From: Malacoraja senta
Taxonomy: Eukaryota
DNA: 64,000 nt
Assembly: GCA_038087875.1 (NCBI GenBank)
Contig: JAXLNO010000146.1
Location: forward strand, 1 to 64,000
Direction: 5' to 3'
Positions 1 through 11,279 of this stretch are shown one piece after another; the stretch's first letter is position 1; every line of letters begins with the position of its first letter. The notes under the pieces were generated by a model. The model saw only the letters and a list, made by a program, of their open reading frames with translations, had not been told where the DNA came from and did not search any database. The position numbers were made by a program, and so were the translations under genes.

Positions 1-904
1 GTTGGCTGGCTTGAGCCATAGCGACCTGCTGGCGACGGGTGGAACTGCAGGCAGGCCCTGTTGGAACGACGTGCCTGCGCTGGAATGCCCGATGGCGGCC
101 GGATTCCGCCGCTGGGGCCGTCCGGGAGCAGTGGAGACGCGGTCTATAGCGGCCCCGACCTGCTCCGCGCCTCCCAACGCTGCGGGAAGGAGGGTTATGC
201 TTTCAAGTCCCGCTGACGGGACATCCACAGTCGGCGCGCTCAGCCAGCGCCTGCGTGTCATCAAAGGGATCGGTGGTGAGCTGCCGGCGGATGTCGGATG
301 GGAGCTGCTGAAGGTAAGCATATTTAAATAGAAAACAAGGCCGGTGGTTGCACATTAGGGTGAACATGTCCTCCAGGAGGGCCGGTGGTCGTCCAGACCG
401 TCCATTTGGAGAATCCGAGCTGCCCGCTCAGATTCGCTAAGGCCAAATCTGATAAGGAGGTCCTTAAGGCCCTTATATTTGTTAGTTAACGGGGGTGGCT
501 GAAGAAAGGCTTAACCCGCCTCGCAGTCGCCTGGTCAAGAGCGCTGACCACGTAAAAGTATTTAGTTTCGTCTACCGTTACCCCTCGCAGACCAAACTGT
601 GTCTCTGCCTGCTGGAACCAGATATCAGGCTCTTCGGTCCACAAAGTCGGGAGTTTTACTGCAACAGCGTTGTTATCCATCACGATGTGTGATGAACGTC
701 GGGGTCACCAGTTGTAGCGGCCTGGACGAGGTCAGGATAAGGCCAGACGCCAGGCAGGTTCAGAAGTAGTTTAATGAAGTCTCGAGAACACACCACACGC
801 CTCCGAGCAGGACCCGGAAACCCCGTGGGCAGACAATCGTCCCTGTCCGTCAAAAGCCGAGGGGGATGACCCAAGGAGTGGCCTAACCCCCAGGGACCGC
901 CACA
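1..904 (-). mobile_element. Gypsy LTR retrotransposon 5' end: LTR 713-904, PBS, start of gag (frameshifted)
   Basis: The LTR reads TGTGGCGG...CCGCTACA on the minus strand, followed by PBS TGGTGACCCCGACGT. ORF 486-683 (VAVKLPTLWTEEPDIWFQQAETQF) is a Gypsy gag N-terminus. Confidence 0.9.
696..710 (-). promoter_or_regulatory. Primer-binding site complementary to the tRNA-Trp 3' end
   Basis: Plus strand ACGTCGGGGTCACCA matches the vertebrate tRNA-Trp 3' end plus CCA, 2 nt from the LTR end. Confidence 0.85.
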
Positions 905-2282
905 AGTAAATGAATTGCCACCTGATCATCTGACTTTCCTTCCAAATTTTTACTTCTCTGTATTTTACTAATTTAAAATATTCATATCAAGTAATGATCA
1001 AATATACATAGGTTTAGAGTAGACCCGACAGTTTTGAACAACATTTTCAGATAGTCGAGAACTGTCGTGATTACTCTAGTTTAGATTTGAAATTACGTAT
1101 CTTACCTGCATCGTTAGACTTCGGACACTAAGAGGCACATTCACTTGCGTCTCACCTGCCCTGTACTTGTCCATCCGATCCATGGTGAAAATGTTAGCTA
1201 AAGTTTGACCAGGTACCACGACTCCAGTTTCATCGTCTATGGGATTTGCATGTTGAAACGCCGCATTCGACGATCGAGCTGTTGCGGCGAGTTGCCTGTG
1301 TGAACACGTGATTTCGGCGGTTGATCGTAGGATTGGGAACTCCGGCATATTTGTTACGTCATTAATAGGCGCTGTGTCAATGATGCGATGTGTACTTGTA
1401 CAATTATGTGTATGTCATCGTGACTGTTCATGTTTCCTAGTTATGATGTTATGATGGCCGTTATCACCTAGATTGTCTTTATACTGTCTGGTCCAGGTTT
1501 TTTTGTTCTTAATAGAGTTGTTCATTTATGTATTTCCACCGGGGACCCTACCCTGCAATCACTGGCTCGGGTACGTACCGACCGCCGCGAGTTCCCAGTC
1601 CTCGTCGAAAGTTGGTAACTGTACCACGAGTTCACATCTGTGAACGCCATCGCCTCGTCGCGTGACTCGCTGAAAATTACATACTTATGCATGCTGATAC
1701 ATTTTGTATTGTCAGCTCCGCAGAGTCTAGCTGGATGGAGAGCGCACGCACGTACCAAGGCAGTACAGTTACAGTGTGAGCATTGTGTACGTGTACGTAA
1801 CTCTGCGCTCCCCGCCCCAACCCCGGTGCGATAGGCCTGGGGACAGAGGAAACCGCTACTCTACATGTGCGGAGCTGAGCACTAGCCCGAGAGATGCTCA
1901 TGCAAAGACGGTCGACCCGCACCCACGTACACGCTTTCCGCTAAAATCAACTCACGCACTCAACCATCGGTGCAGCTGCTCATTGTCTCGTGTAAAGCCA
2001 TTTATAGCGGAGATTTAGACAGATTAAAATTTAGACGTTTAGACAGATCCACGGAGAAATGTCATGCCTTCCCCCACCAGAGGTGCCACCCTTCCCTAAG
2101 CCGATACACCCCCATACAATCTAGATGCGCTAAACGAAACGGTGCTCCATGGTGTCATTACAACATAATGGAGATGTGATCCTGATACGTTGTTATCAAA
2201 ACAAGCTATGTACAGTGGAAGGTAGATACAAAATGCTGGAGTAACTCAGCGGGACAGGGAGCATCTCTGGAGAGAAGGAATG

Positions 2283-2316
2283 GGTGACATTTCGGGTCGA
2301 GACCCTTCTTCAGACT
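2283..2316 (-). ncRNA. Minimal type I hammerhead ribozyme motif of Penelope
   Basis: Minus strand AGT-CTGAAGA-A-GGGTC TC GACCC-GAAA-TGTC-ACC: CUGANGA core, stem II, GAAA, GUC site. Confidence 0.7.
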
Positions 2317-2729
2317 GATGTCGGGAGTGGGCAGGACGAAGATGGAATGTCGTCAGAGACAGGAAGACTGGTGGGACAAATGGGGAGGGGATGGGATGGA
2401 GAGAGAGGGAAAGCAAGGGCTATTTGAAGTTAGAGAAGTCAATGTTCATACCACTGGGGTGTAAGCTACCCAAGTAAAATATGAGGTGCTGTTCCTCCAA
2501 TTTGTGCTGGGCCTCACTGACAATGGAGGAGGCCCAGGACAGAAAGGTCAGATTGGGAATGGGAGGGGAAGTTAAAGTGCTGAGCAACCGGAAGATCAGT
2601 TGGGTCAAGGCGGACTGAGCGGAGGTGTTCAGCGAAACGATCTCCGCGCCTGCGCTTTGTCTCACCGATGTACAGAAGTTGACACCTGGAACAGCGGATA
2701 CAGGAGATGAGCTTGGAGGAGGTGCAAGT

Positions 2730-4891
2730 CGTCTTCTTGTTGTGTCGCTACACTTTTCCAAGCCACTGCATAACGAAGGCTGTGGCACATGGGTTGAAGG
2801 CATTGAGATCTTCTGGTTTGCAGGGCTCTGGGAGGAGGAGGCAGGTAAGTAAGTGCTGCATAGTTTGGGTTGCCTCCCCGCAGTCACATTTGGTTGGTTC
2901 ATCGTTGTTGTACCCCCACTTCTGCATGAGAGCTTTGCATCGTCCAACCCGTGTTCTGAGGTGTTTGAGGCAGAGCCAGACTGGCCCTGGCTCTTTCGAT
3001 CCCAATGGAAGGGACTCGTCAGGGTATAGTGTCACTGTGTGTGGTTTAGATTGTAGGTGTGTTACCCAAGCATCTATCCTACAGGTTATCATTTGGGTTG
3101 ATCTGCATGTTGGAAGCTATTTCTGAATTTTAACCTCTTTGGTGCCTGGACATGTTGGAAGAGTGGGTGATGAGGGTCATCCTCCTGCTTGGTGCATTCC
3201 ACTTTTGAGGATACTGCTCTTCTGATTGGAGTGGGTGCAATACCACACAGCAGGCACAGGTCGTCAACTCGTGTGGGTTTGATGCAACCAGAGATGGTTC
3301 TGCATGCTGCGTTTAGCACCGGATCCAATGTGTGAAGAACATCCCCAGCAAAGGCAGTATTCCAGATGGTTCCTGGATCTCATCCCCATTTAGAGCTGGC
3401 CAGGTTTCTCAGGATGTTGTTTCTGGCTACTATCTTTGCTTTTGTCTTGATAACATGGTCTTTGTAGCTTGGGGTGTAGTCCAGAGTAACTCCTAGGTAC
3501 ATGGGATTGGCTGAGTAGGCTAGACTCTTCCCAGTGAACAGTTAATTTGCAGTTTGCATCACGGTTCTTAAGGTGGAAGGCGCTAATTTGTGTTTTGTCT
3601 GGGTTTGCCCGTAAATGATATAGGGCATAGTGGTTGGTAAGGCCGTCTAACGCTTCAGTGAGGGCCGTCTCAAGTTCTGCGAAGGACTGACACTGAGATA
3701 CGATACAGAGGTCATCAGCATTCAGGAAGCTCCTGGTGCTTGGATGGATTGGTTGGTCGTTGGTGTAAATGTTGAAAAGCAGAGGGTCAAGAACACTGCC
3801 TTGAGGAAGTCCATTCTTTTGTCTGCGCCATCTGCTGCGATCACCCCTGAGGTCTCCAAAGAAGCGTCTATTCTCCAGCATGTTTTGGATCAGAGCTGTC
3901 AGGTTTGCATCCTTTGTGATCTTGGATAGCTTTTGCACAAGTATTCGATGGTTGACTGTATCATAAGCCGCTGACAGGTCTACAAAAGTGGCACCAGTAA
4001 TAAGTCCTATCACATATATCCATCCTCAATGAATTGGGTCAGATTCAGGAGCTGGCTTGTGCAGGGTTTTCCAGGTCTGAAGCCTGCTTGCTCAGGAATA
4101 AGCTGCTGGCCGTGATGGGGCCCAGTCGATTCAAGATTAGCCTCTCAAATAATTTGTATGCATGACCGAGCAGGAAGATGGGTCGGAAGTTCTTGTGGTC
4201 GGCTGGATATTTTCCAGGCTTCAGTATAGCCACTATCTTTGCTCGTCTCCACATCTTTGGTAGCTTGTTCGTTCTGAGACAACTGTTGAATAGGTCAAGA
4301 AGCCACTGTTTGGCAGCTGGTCCTAGGTGTTTGACTTGTTCACATAGAATGTCATCATGTCCAGCTGCTTTGTTGTTCTTCATTACAAGGAGGAGTTCAC
4401 CCATAGTGAAGGGTCTGGTAAGGTTAGTATCCCCTTGTTGATCTGTTGTCTTAGGGACCTTAGCTCTACCAGGGTGGTGGTCTAGATTCCTCGACTGTTC
4501 ACAAGGAGCTGATGAGCAACTTGGTCTGCTGTGGCATCATATCGGGGTTGAGGTTTTGTGTGGTCGTTTCATAATATCCTTATTGTCTTCCAGGCTTTCC
4601 TGCTGTTTTGAGTCATGTTTGTAGACTCGATCAGCTCTTGCCACCTCCAACGTCACTTGGTTGACGCTGCTTTCATAATTCATTCCCCAGTTATCAGAGT
4701 ATCATCTCCAAAGGAATTAGCCTGGAATCAGTTGCTGTATTCCTTATGGAGTTCCTTAGCTTCCTCTGACAGTCCGGGGATGAAGTTTACTTGGCATCCT
4801 CTGGGATGTTCTTCCTAGAGGATTTTTTCAGCATTTCTATAAAGACATCGTAGTTGGCTGGTGATGCTGGTAGGTCAATGATTGCTGCATC
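2730..4891 (-). mobile_element. 5'-truncated non-LTR retrotransposon, Vingi/Ingi-like; RT with frameshifts
   Basis: RT motifs DLSAAYDTVNH, GLPQGSVL and NADD; C-terminal CDCGEATQTMQHLLTC zinc motif; short GAA-type tail; TSD CAAGT at 2725-2729 and 4892-4896. Confidence 0.8.
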
Positions 4892-5334
4892 CAAGTGAAC
4901 CTCTGCCTCACTTGGAAAGACTGTCCGGGTTCTTGGATGGAGACGAGGGCGGAGGTAAAGAGACAGGTATTGCATCTCCTGCGGTTGCAGGGGAAAGTAC
5001 CTAGGGAGGGGGTGGTTTGGGTGGGAAAGGACGAGTTTACCAGGGAGTTGCAGTGGGAACGGTCTCTGCGGTACGTAGAAAGAGGTGGAGATGGGAAGAT
5101 GTGGCCAGTAGTGGGATCTTGTTGGAGATTTATACAGTGCTGTGTATTACAGAAGAGTAATAATCAAATAATACTGTACATTTACTAATTATTGTACAAT
5201 ATAGAATATTGAACTGTATAATGAATAACACATTTGAAGAGTGACGTATGTAAAGCAGCAACACTTTACAGCAGCTGTGGAAAGTAGGACAGCAGAGGCT
5301 ATCTCTGGGATGAGGATACCACCTGTGCGTCATA

Positions 5335-6740
5335 CATAGAACATAGAACAGTACAGCACACGAACAAACCCCCTCAGCCTACAATGTCTGCTAAACATGC
5401 TGCCAAAACCATCTTGGATCTACCTGCACATAAAGAAAAAAGTTGCCCAGCGCATCTCCTTTAAGCTTTGCCCCACTCACCTTAAAGCTATGCCCTCTAG
5501 TATTTGATTTTTCCATCCTGGGAAAAAGTTTCTAACTGTCGACCTTATCTATGCCTCTCGTAACTTTATATTCTTCTAATTGAATTGAATTGAATACTTT
5601 ATTGTCACATGTAACTTGTCACAGTGAAATTCTTTGCTTGCATACCTAAGATACGCAAATAGTCGCCCATAAAGGGCGCTTACAAAGTTACAAATCCCCC
5701 GCGCCTGGTCCCCCTTTGTTCTTCCTCTCTTCCTCCCCCTCCGTCACGGCGGTTCCCTCACGCCGGGTCCTCCATTGTTCTTCCCCCTCCCTCACGTGGG
5801 TCCCCCCAATGCTGGATCCCCATTGCTCTCCCCCTCTCCCTCATGGCGGTCCCCCCACGCCAGGTCCTCCTTTATTCCTTTCCTCGGCAGAAACGTCCTC
5901 ACTTCCACGTGTCCGTCCTCGTCCATCGGTCGGCGCCATCATCGACTGCCGCACCGACCTGTCCACTAACGCTGCCGGGCCCTCTCCGGACGCCTACTTT
6001 GTGCCGACCCAGGCCCCACCCGTGGGCTCTGCAGCCCCAGGCACTGATGACCACGGGCTTCGTCGACTAACGAGGCTCCAACGCCGGCCCGACCAGGTCA
6101 ACCTTGGTCAGGTCTACCCGCAACCTCCAGGGTTCTGGCGCCATTCTGGTAAACCTCTGCCCATTTTCCAAAGCCTCCTCATCCTTCCTGTAATGGGCTG
6201 AGCAGAACTGCACGCTATACTCAAAATGTAGCCTAACCAAACTCATATAAAACTGCATCATGACTTCCTGACTACTATGCTTAATGCCCTGACCTAAACC
6301 AAACCTACCATATGCCTTTTTACCACTCTCTACTTGTGTTGCCACTTTCAGGGATTCATTGACTTGGACCCCAAGATCCCTCTGTACATCAATGCTCTTA
6401 AGGGTCATGCCATTTATTGTATATTTTTCCTTACATTTGATCTCGCAAAGTGCAACACCTTGTACTTGTTTGAATTAAACTCCATCTGCCATTTCTCCAA
6501 CCTGTTCTGTCGCTGATCTATATCCAATTGTACATCTTGGCAGCCTTCCTCACAGTCCAAACCCCAGCAATCTTGGTGTCATCTGCAATCATACTAAACA
6601 AACTGTCTATGCTTGGCTCCAAGTATTTTTATAAACAGCAGACGTCCCTGCACAAATCCTCGTGGAATGCCACTAGTCACAGACCACAGCCTAAATATAG
6701 TCTTTCCACCACATCCATCTTCTATCAGTAAGCTAGTTGT
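5335..6740 (-). mobile_element. Degraded CR1 LINE 3' portion
   Basis: (TTCTATG)n-type tail; translated pieces QRDLGVQV, SLVRLHFEYSVQF and VTSGIPRG. Confidence 0.8.
5579..6107 (-). mobile_element. Non-autonomous retroelement with (TTCAA)n tail inserted in CR1
   Basis: Begins aattgaattgaattgaatactttattgtcac (LINE-type 3' tail on minus); GC-rich body; CR1 sequence is continuous across it (ttcta|tcagg). Confidence 0.55.
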
Positions 6741-6766
6741 GAATCTATACAACCAAGTCACTGTTA

Positions 6767-6938
6767 GGGCGGCATGCTGGCACAGCAGTAGAGTTGCTGC
6801 CTTACAGTGCCAGAGACCCGGGTCCCAGGTTCGATCCTGACTACGTGTATTGTCTGTACGGAGTTTGTACATTCTCCCCGTGACCCCGTGGGTTTTCTCC
6901 GGGTGCTCCGGTTTCTTCCCACACTCCAAAGACATACA
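6767..6938 (+). mobile_element. tRNA-derived HE1/V-SINE-like SINE, 3'-truncated by a hAT end
   Basis: A-box-like TGGCACAGCAGTAG, B box GGTTCGATCC, and V-domain-like GGGTTTTCTCCGGGTGCTCCGGTTTC. Confidence 0.8.
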
Positions 6939-7624
6939 CAGAGCTGCCAAGTTTTGTCAGAGCATTTCAGTATTCTATTACCTGAAAATCAGTATTTTGC
7001 TAGGGAAATCAGTATTTTTACGCGGTACCATTTTGCTGAATTTTTTTTAATGTTTTATGTGCGGTCACACCCATGTAAGAGTACAAGAATGCATAACTTT
7101 GCTATCAATTGATATGTCTTCTATGCATCTCACTTGACAGTGCATTCAACTATATTGAATGCATCCTGTTAAAGAAATTATATGTGTTGAGCCTGTCAAT
7201 TTTTCATGATAAACATGTTGAAATTATATTTTTTTCATAGCTGCACAACATAACTCTTGGAACATCTTAGATGTTAATATCTCCTAGTACTCTGTCATGG
7301 GAGAGTATATTTGAGAAGTAATTGCAACATCACAGTAAATGCTATTTTAAAATGAATTCAATTACATACTTGCAGAAAGGAAGAATGCAATCTGGACCTG
7401 TTTAAAAGAAAAAGGAAAAAATACTTTAAAGGTATTATTATACCCAAGTGAATAACTTGTATTCAATAAAGTTAGTCATTTCTAATGACAATTTCACACT
7501 GACCTGTTGTGTGTGATGTGCGTGACATAATTGAAAGTCATTTGGTAACATAAAGTGGGCATAGAACATCATCTGCACAATATTCACTTTCATTTCACTT
7601 TCACTTTGCTGCAGTTCATTCAGT

Positions 7625-9688
7625 TTATTGTGTATTATATGTCATAGCTGCTTTCTTGCATTTGTCCAGAAGTTTATCATTGAAAGTCATTTGGTAGCAA
7701 CATTTCCCCATGGCCTGACTCAAGAACTTGTGAGTCATAATGTCTGATAACGTTGATGTTGAAAGACTTGGCCTCAACTCCGTAGCATTCTTTCCGACCA
7801 AACTAAATATGTGCTCATCTGTTGCGTTGTTTTGTACAAATGAGAGAAAGGTGAGCATTACCTTTGACAAATGGGGATATTTCTGTTTGCCAGTTGATTT
7901 ATCCTTCAGGGAGGATATCTGTGTCCACACTGAGTCAGCTCCTTCATCTAGCATCACACCATCCAAGCTATCAACCTGGTAGTCTGCAAACTCCATCTCC
8001 AGCTCATCTTGTTCAATTTCCAGTAAATCATGGAATCTGTTGACAAAGTAGGCAACTGAAGAATATGTCATGTCCACTCGCGTTGCAGTGTTAGCCACTC
8101 TGGCATGCTTGAGTACCTCATCCTGCATGAGAAACTTCATGAGAATGTAGTTACAGGAGGCCCCAAAATACTCCCTCACAGAAGAGAAAAACTCTGTTTT
8201 CTCTTCATCTCGGAACTGTCCACTGCAGAGAAATGCCCTCACTTTTGTACCCACTATCAGATCTTCATCTTCCTGTTGATTCTCACGGTTTTTGTAGTCA
8301 CACTTGTCCAGCATTGTAGCTTTCAGAAGTACCCCTGGTTTGACAAATCGCAGGAGAATTTGATGAAGTAAATTCTGTAAGATGTCGAGCAAAACATGAA
8401 CTTTGGGTGACTCTTCTTGAAGTCCAAATTTACTCTATTGAACAGCGGTATTGTGTCCAGAAAAAAGAAGCAGTACAACTTGTTCCTGTCTTGAGTCAGT
8501 GTGGTATGGCTAGAGGCTGCTTTGGACAGGGCAGATGTTTTCACACGCCTTTCAGCCAAAGCTTTCCTTTTCACACCATCCTTTATACCAGCAAATAGCT
8601 GAGGTGTTGCTTTTGCTTGAACATTAACTTTGTCTTTTTACTTCAGTGTGCTTTTTCAGCTCTCTTTAGAAGAGCTAGGAATTCGAACCCGAGCAGGAAT
8701 AGTCTGCTTTTTGAGAACATCACTTTTGTTTGTTGGAGTCGCCTTATATGTACTAACTACATTCCTGCTAGAACAGTCTGGTCTGCTGCTGTCTGCTGCA
8801 GGTACTGTATTCTTCTACAAACCTGGAGCTCTAGTACTACCAGAGCATGTAGATGGCACTGTAGAAGCCTTTTGGGAAGAACAAGGATCTCCATGATACA
8901 ACGATGGGGTCTTTGTTGTAGAAACAGCTACTTGGCTGGGAGCACCAGAAGACTTTGATGTCAATTTCGACGTCTTTGAACTGTCTGATCTGCTGCTCTT
9001 TGATCCTGACACAGTACATGTAGTTGCAAGTTTTTGTTTCTTGGTGGGGGGGACCAGGATAATCCTTCACTCAGTCTCTTCTCTCCTCCAAGCTGTTCTC
9101 TGCGAAAATATTCCACAAGAGCAGCCCACTGTTCCAAAAGCCTGTCCAGAGATTTCTGAAGAGAGAACCATCTTGTGCATACGTGCTTCAGTATGGCGTG
9201 ATTTTAAATGCTGCAGAGGCTTTGTCCTTCTTTGAACTCCTTGTGTCTCTTGCTGGATTTTTCAAGTTAGTAGTATATCAGGATCAGAAAATCAACAGGC
9301 GAGAATGGCAACTCTCTAGCCCCCTTCTCTGCTGCAAGATGCAGTATGTCACATGGGCACCCAAGAACAAACACATCTGGATCCTCTTTCTTGACAAAAG
9401 CCACTACGCCATTGTGGATGCCCATCAAAACTGCCACATTGTCAGCACCAAACATATTATGTTTTTCCAAGGATTGCTATACTGCTTCAGTACATCATCT
9501 AGCAGTTTGAAGATGTTCTTTCCAGTTGAACTTTCTTTTGTTGTTGCGATTTCCAGAAGAGCACTGATGACCTGCTTCACATTGTCATCATAATAGCGGA
9601 CGACAATTAGATACAACTGTTCCATCTGTCCCCTGTCACAAGGAGAAAGGTTTGTCCTTAATCTTACCAATGATGTTACCTGAAACAA
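7625..9688 (-). pseudogene. hAT transposase (ZNF862-like), frameshifted
   Basis: LYLIVVRYYD; GADNVAVLMG...GCPCDILHLAAE; C-terminal dimerisation-like KYPHLSKVMLTFLSFVQNNATDEHIFS. Confidence 0.85.
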
Positions 9689-9994
9689 AAATAAAAATGT
9701 GTAAGATTAAACTTCCAGCTAAGGCGCTTGTGTAAAATCAAACCACACATAGTCTACATCCACTCTAGTATACTTAAAAATACATGCACTGACATCTCAA
9801 TATCTAGATGTCATACCACCCTCTGCATTTACCACTAAAGGACATACCACCCTCTGCATTTATATTAATTGACATGTTGTTATTGGGGTTTTTTTTAGGG
9901 TTATCAGTCAAATTACTATTATCACTAAAACATCCATGTAGAAATTCATATTCTTTCCTTTTCTATTATAAATGTATCTTCAATTCTCTTTAAA

Positions 9995-10609
9995 TCTATA
10001 TACTTTTAAAACTCTGTGTGTGTGTGGATGTGTTTATTTATTTGTGGGTGTCACATTTGGCCTTTGATTCCTTGCTCCGCCAAAACCACACGCGAAAACT
10101 CCTCGATTTTTTCCATTTCGCTAGACATTACACTTTTACATACCCTAACACACTCCTTACTAGATTTAGACATTTTTATGTTCACATTTTAAAATAAAAT
10201 CCACACCCATCCCCCACTCACTCATTTTGTTGCCTCCTGCTGGCCAGCCACCATAACGGCTGCTGCCGCCCGGCTCTGCTCCAAAAACGCAGACATTTTT
10301 CTTCTTGTCACTAGCGATTTTCGCAGCTGCCACCCGGCTCTCCTCCCCTACCCCTCCCCCCCCCACCCCCCACCCCCCCGGGCCGGCTCTCTCACGCTGG
10401 CTCAAGCGCCCGGCTCTCTTCCAAAAACGCCGACATTTTATTTTTTCGCTGCTGCCGCCCGGCTCTCCTCAACTACCCCCCCCCCGGGCCGGCTCTCTCA
10501 CGCTGGCTCAAGACCCTGTCACGCCGTCAAGACGCTGAAGCACGTTCGGGAACCAGACCCCGGGGTCTGAAGCACGTTCGGGGTCCAGACTCAACTGCTC
10601 TTGGTCTAG
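9995..10609 (+). mobile_element. Non-autonomous Helitron nested in the hAT
   Basis: A|TCTATATACT 5' end, CTAG|T 3' end, and subterminal palindrome CAGACCCCGGGGTCTG. Confidence 0.7.
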
Positions 10610-11279
10610 TATTAAATAAAATTAAAAGAAATTAGAACTATTATATTAAAAATCCATACTTTATTTTTCTCTTATGAACCTAAATATCATCTTCCACATT
10701 TTCCCATCATTTTCTTTGGAACTTAAACATTTCCAGTTTAACAACAGTATTCTCATTGCACATTGTATTATAACCAATATAATGTAGATGATGAATAGTC
10801 AGGAAGAAAAACACTCACGCACATAATTGTGACAACAAAATTCACTTTATTTTTTATTTGCCATAAAGAGAAAAACAAAGAAACATGTTACATGAAATAA
10901 AAAACAATAAAAAAACACACAATCTACATCGTTTAGCCACTGTGAGCAGTATCAGACTGCGTGGATATAGGAAGAGAAAAAAACATGTACATTTTCACAG
11001 ATGGTTTGAAGCACACATGTCGCATGCGCTAGTTCTCAATCTGAGAATGCAATGACAGGGCAAGGGTTACGGGGTCTGGATGATCTGACAATTACCTGCG
11101 TCATTGAGCTCACTCGCTGGGCTTCCCCACACGATGAACTGGCGCGTTTACTATGGCTTACGATAATCTATGGTCGGATTTTTTTTTAAATCCGAATTTA
11201 AGAACGCAAAATCGTACTTCCGTATTCTTATCAGATTTCCGTACGAAATACGGAAAATACGTACTACTTGGCAGCTCTG

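Larger units (their letters stand above)
2218..5130 (-). mobile_element. Penelope-like element 3' fragment (GIY-YIG C-terminus and 3' terminus), split by a LINE at 2730-4891
   Basis: C-terminus KLEEQHLIFYLGSLHPSGMNIDFSNF is homologous to the Penelope copy at 49431-50529. The sequence resumes after the insertion, which has a CAAGT duplication. Confidence 0.88.
6939..11279 (-). mobile_element. hAT DNA transposon with disrupted transposase
   Basis: Perfect 14-bp TIR CAGAGCTGCCAAGT at 6939-6952 and 11266-11279; transposase pieces lie between them. Confidence 0.85.

Noticed and set aside
2050..2200. YVVMTPW peptide reminiscent of a parvovirus capsid
   Set aside because: A single short motif with no downstream conserved residues.
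6767..6845. Possible tRNA gene (A and B boxes)
   Set aside because: It continues into a V-SINE-like body and lacks a clean cloverleaf, so it is a SINE head.
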